NCBI GenBank assembly: GCA_000175855.1
Contig: ACYB01000028.1
Span: 1-5,927, forward strand
DNA length: 5,927 nt
Reading direction: 5' to 3'
DNA from: Raphidiopsis brookii D9
Lineage (GTDB): Bacteria > Cyanobacteriota > Cyanobacteriia > Cyanobacteriales > Nostocaceae
In this document: positions 4,475-5,927 of the stretch, piece after piece
Numbering within the stretch: the stretch's first letter is position 1
Layout of the letters: each line of letters starts with the position of its first letter
Position numbers and translations under genes: made by a program
The notes under the pieces: generated by a model
Told to the model about the DNA's origin: nothing
Databases searched by the model: none
The model's input: only the letters and a program-made list of their open reading frames with translations

Positions 4475-5668
4475 CTACATGTAATAATGTGCAATTTCCC
4501 GCAGTCCATTGATCTTAATACCATTACCTATTGCTGCTAACTTCCACTCCTCCTTATACCGATATATTTCTGCCATAATCATTCCAGTCATTCCTTTGTA
4601 TTCAATTCCCGATAGATTGTACCGAGCAAGTTCTTTGTTGTTAGCCATATCGACTAAGCGTACAAATGCATTTCTAACCTGACAAAAATCTTGTTCTCTT
4701 GCTACACAGTCATAGATATTAACCGTGAAAATTAGTTTGCTAATTTGTGATGGGACTAAGGGAAGATCAACAATGATTTGTTCATCGTCTCCCTCTCCTT
4801 CACCCGTTAAGTTATCTCCTAGGTGAGTAATTGCTCCTGATTTATGTGTGAGATTGCCAAAATAAACAATATTCCCAACGTCACTGATTTTTCCATTGTT
4901 GTCCAAACAGATTACTGAAGCATCCAGGTCGTAATTCTTTTTATTGGTGAACATACCCAATAACCCCCCTCCAGTTTGTTCTACCACATCCCAACCCAGT
5001 CCACAAATAATTTTCTTTAGTCCAGGAGCTTCTTTGGTGAGTGAAATACGTTGTCCTTTCTGTAAATTGATAGCCATAATTTGTACTTTCCTTAAGCTAT
5101 AACGATCTAGTAATGCTTTCAAACCTCCCTGATAACCCGCCCCTACTGCATTAAGAGACCATTCTCCATCTTTACGATATAACTCAGCCATAATTAGTGC
5201 AGTTTCAATAGAGTAATCTTCTGCTAGGTCATAACGTACAGCTTCTTGTTTGTTCTGAGCATTTACTATACGAATAAAAGCATTTTGTACTTGTCCAAAA
5301 TTTTGACGACGTTGCTGCGCTTCGTGAATTGTTACTGTAATAACAATCCTTTTGACCTCCTCAGGTACTTTTTTGAGGTTAATTTTAATAACTTCATCAT
5401 CTCCGTCTCCAAAACCCGTCAAGTTATCTCCCGTATGTTGGACTGACTTACCAGGATCTGGACTGACAAGATTATTATAAAAGATGAAATGATCATCTGA
5501 AATCAGTTTTTCATTAGCACCAAGTAAAAATACTGATGAGTCTAGATCAAAATCAAATCCCGTGTCAGTTGTTTTAACATCCCATCCCAATCCTACAAAT
5601 AGCTCTGACAATCCAGGTGCCACTTTTTCTAGTGATACTCTCTGACCTTTTGTTAATGAAACAGCCAT
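4475..5668 (-). CDS. Tandem two-domain TerD-family protein (TerD/TerE/TerZ-type Ca2+-binding stress / tellurium-resistance domain, two copies)
   Basis: 397 aa. Domain 1 (aa 1-190, nt 5099-5668) reads MAVSLTKGQRVSL..GLGWD..DFDLDSS..GDNLTGFGDGDDE (nt 5393-5431)..AELYRKDGEW..GG. Domain 2 (aa 198-397, nt 4478-5077) reads MAINLQKGQRISL..GLGWD..YDLDAS..GDNLTGEGEGDDE (nt 4781-4819)..AEIYRYKEEWKL. Both copies keep the DxDxS and GDNxTGxGxGDDE Ca2+-site signatures typical of TerD domains. AAGGAG lies 10 nt upstream of the ATG at 5668. Confidence 0.92.
   Translation of the reverse strand: MAVSLTKGQRVSLEKVAPGLSELFVGLGWDVKTTDTGFDFDLDSSVFLLGANEKLISDDHFIFYNNLVSPDPGKSVQHTGDNLTGFGDGDDEVIKINLKKVPEEVKRIVITVTIHEAQQRRQNFGQVQNAFIRIVNAQNKQEAVRYDLAEDYSIETALIMAELYRKDGEWSLNAVGAGYQGGLKALLDRYSLRKVQIMAINLQKGQRISLTKEAPGLKKIICGLGWDVVEQTGGGLLGMFTNKKNYDLDASVICLDNNGKISDVGNIVYFGNLTHKSGAITHLGDNLTGEGEGDDEQIIVDLPLVPSQISKLIFTVNIYDCVAREQDFCQVRNAFVRLVDMANNKELARYNLSGIEYKGMTGMIMAEIYRYKEEWKLAAIGNGIKINGLREIAHYYM
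5088..5093 (-). promoter_or_regulatory. Internal Shine-Dalgarno-like AAGGAA inside the TerD linker, 10 nt upstream of the in-frame ATG at 5077..5075 (Met198)
   Basis: The minus strand reads agc tTA Agg aaa gta caa att ATG. AAGGAA-N10-ATG has the same geometry as the AAGGAG-N10-ATG at the gene start. An out-of-frame TAA (5094..5092) overlaps the SD. Confidence 0.45.
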
Positions 5669-5678
5669 ACAACATGTT

Positions 5679-5684
5679 CTCCTT
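5679..5684 (-). promoter_or_regulatory. Shine-Dalgarno AAGGAG of the TerD gene
   Basis: The minus strand reads caAGGAGaacatgttgtATG, with 10-nt spacing to the ATG at 5668. Confidence 0.6.
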
Positions 5685-5927
5685 GTTGCTTTTTTAACTT
5701 ATGTGTAAAAAACTGTTTGACAAGTCCAGAGTTAAAACCTTCAATTGTTCAATTAAGTAAGTATGAATAAACAAGGTAAATCCGGAACTTCACCTAAGTG
5801 TTATTTAGGTGCTACTAACAATAAGTAATTAGATTATTTTTAAACATCTATCTTAGGGTGGATATTTTTAAGGAATTATGTAACATCTGTTCGGGATAAG
5901 CTGAAACTGTCTCCGTCTATTAAAGGC

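Noticed and set aside
5246-5446. ORF-track 66-aa ORF (+), MFVLSIYYTNKSILY...
   Set aside because: It lies entirely antisense within the well-supported TerD coding sequence. Its Leu/Phe/Asn/Tyr-rich composition is typical of a shadow ORF on AT-rich DNA.
5717-5745. Plus-strand promoter-like TTGACA-N17-TTCAAT pointing rightwards, away from TerD
   Set aside because: The -35 is perfect, but the -10 is mediocre and no ORF or recognisable RNA follows within the remaining 180 nt. The same hexamer read on the minus strand (TTGTCA) has no acceptable -10 for TerD. The evidence is insufficient for a call.
5791-5811. Hairpin cacctaa-gtgttat-ttaggtg (7-bp stem)
   Set aside because: No U-tract follows on either strand, so it is not a convincing intrinsic terminator. 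The stem is short and AT-rich.
5870-5927. Possible 3' end of a minus-strand gene entering from the right window edge
   Set aside because: Two minus-strand frames are open for only about 16-18 codons before stops (near 5870-5880). That is too short to tell coding from chance.

Overview
This is an AT-rich window (roughly 35% G+C by eye, not computed). It is very probably cyanobacterial, because it holds four perfect HIP1 palindromes (GCGATCGC) and one near-copy. Contents from left to right: (i) On the minus strand, a STAND/NB-ARC NTPase gene (703-2280) carries an uncharacterised N-terminal all-alpha domain of about 160 aa that looks HEPN-like. Its C-terminal helical and HEAT-like repeat part continues in the -1 frame to the left window edge (1-778, absent from the ORF track). 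The gene is therefore frameshifted, or mis-sequenced at a homopolymer. (ii) A 660-bp divergent intergenic region with few ORFs contains an interrupted inverted repeat and clustered short motifs. (iii) On the plus strand, a 176-aa orphan protein has a signal peptide (2941-3471). (iv) A decayed IS630-family (IS895-like) transposase has an intact-looking HTH N-terminus (3710-3988), then a stop and frame change, then a truncated DDE remnant (4011-4385). (v) On the minus strand, a 397-aa protein is built from two tandem TerD domains (4475-5668). Its inter-domain linker still looks like a former intergenic spacer. I saw no tRNA, rRNA, CRISPR array or convincing intrinsic terminator. The best candidate for something new is the HEPN-like / NB-ARC / repeat protein (NLR- or Avs-like architecture), which sits in a defence-island-like context with TerD and an IS remnant. 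All functional statements rest on motifs read by eye and need profile or structure searches.
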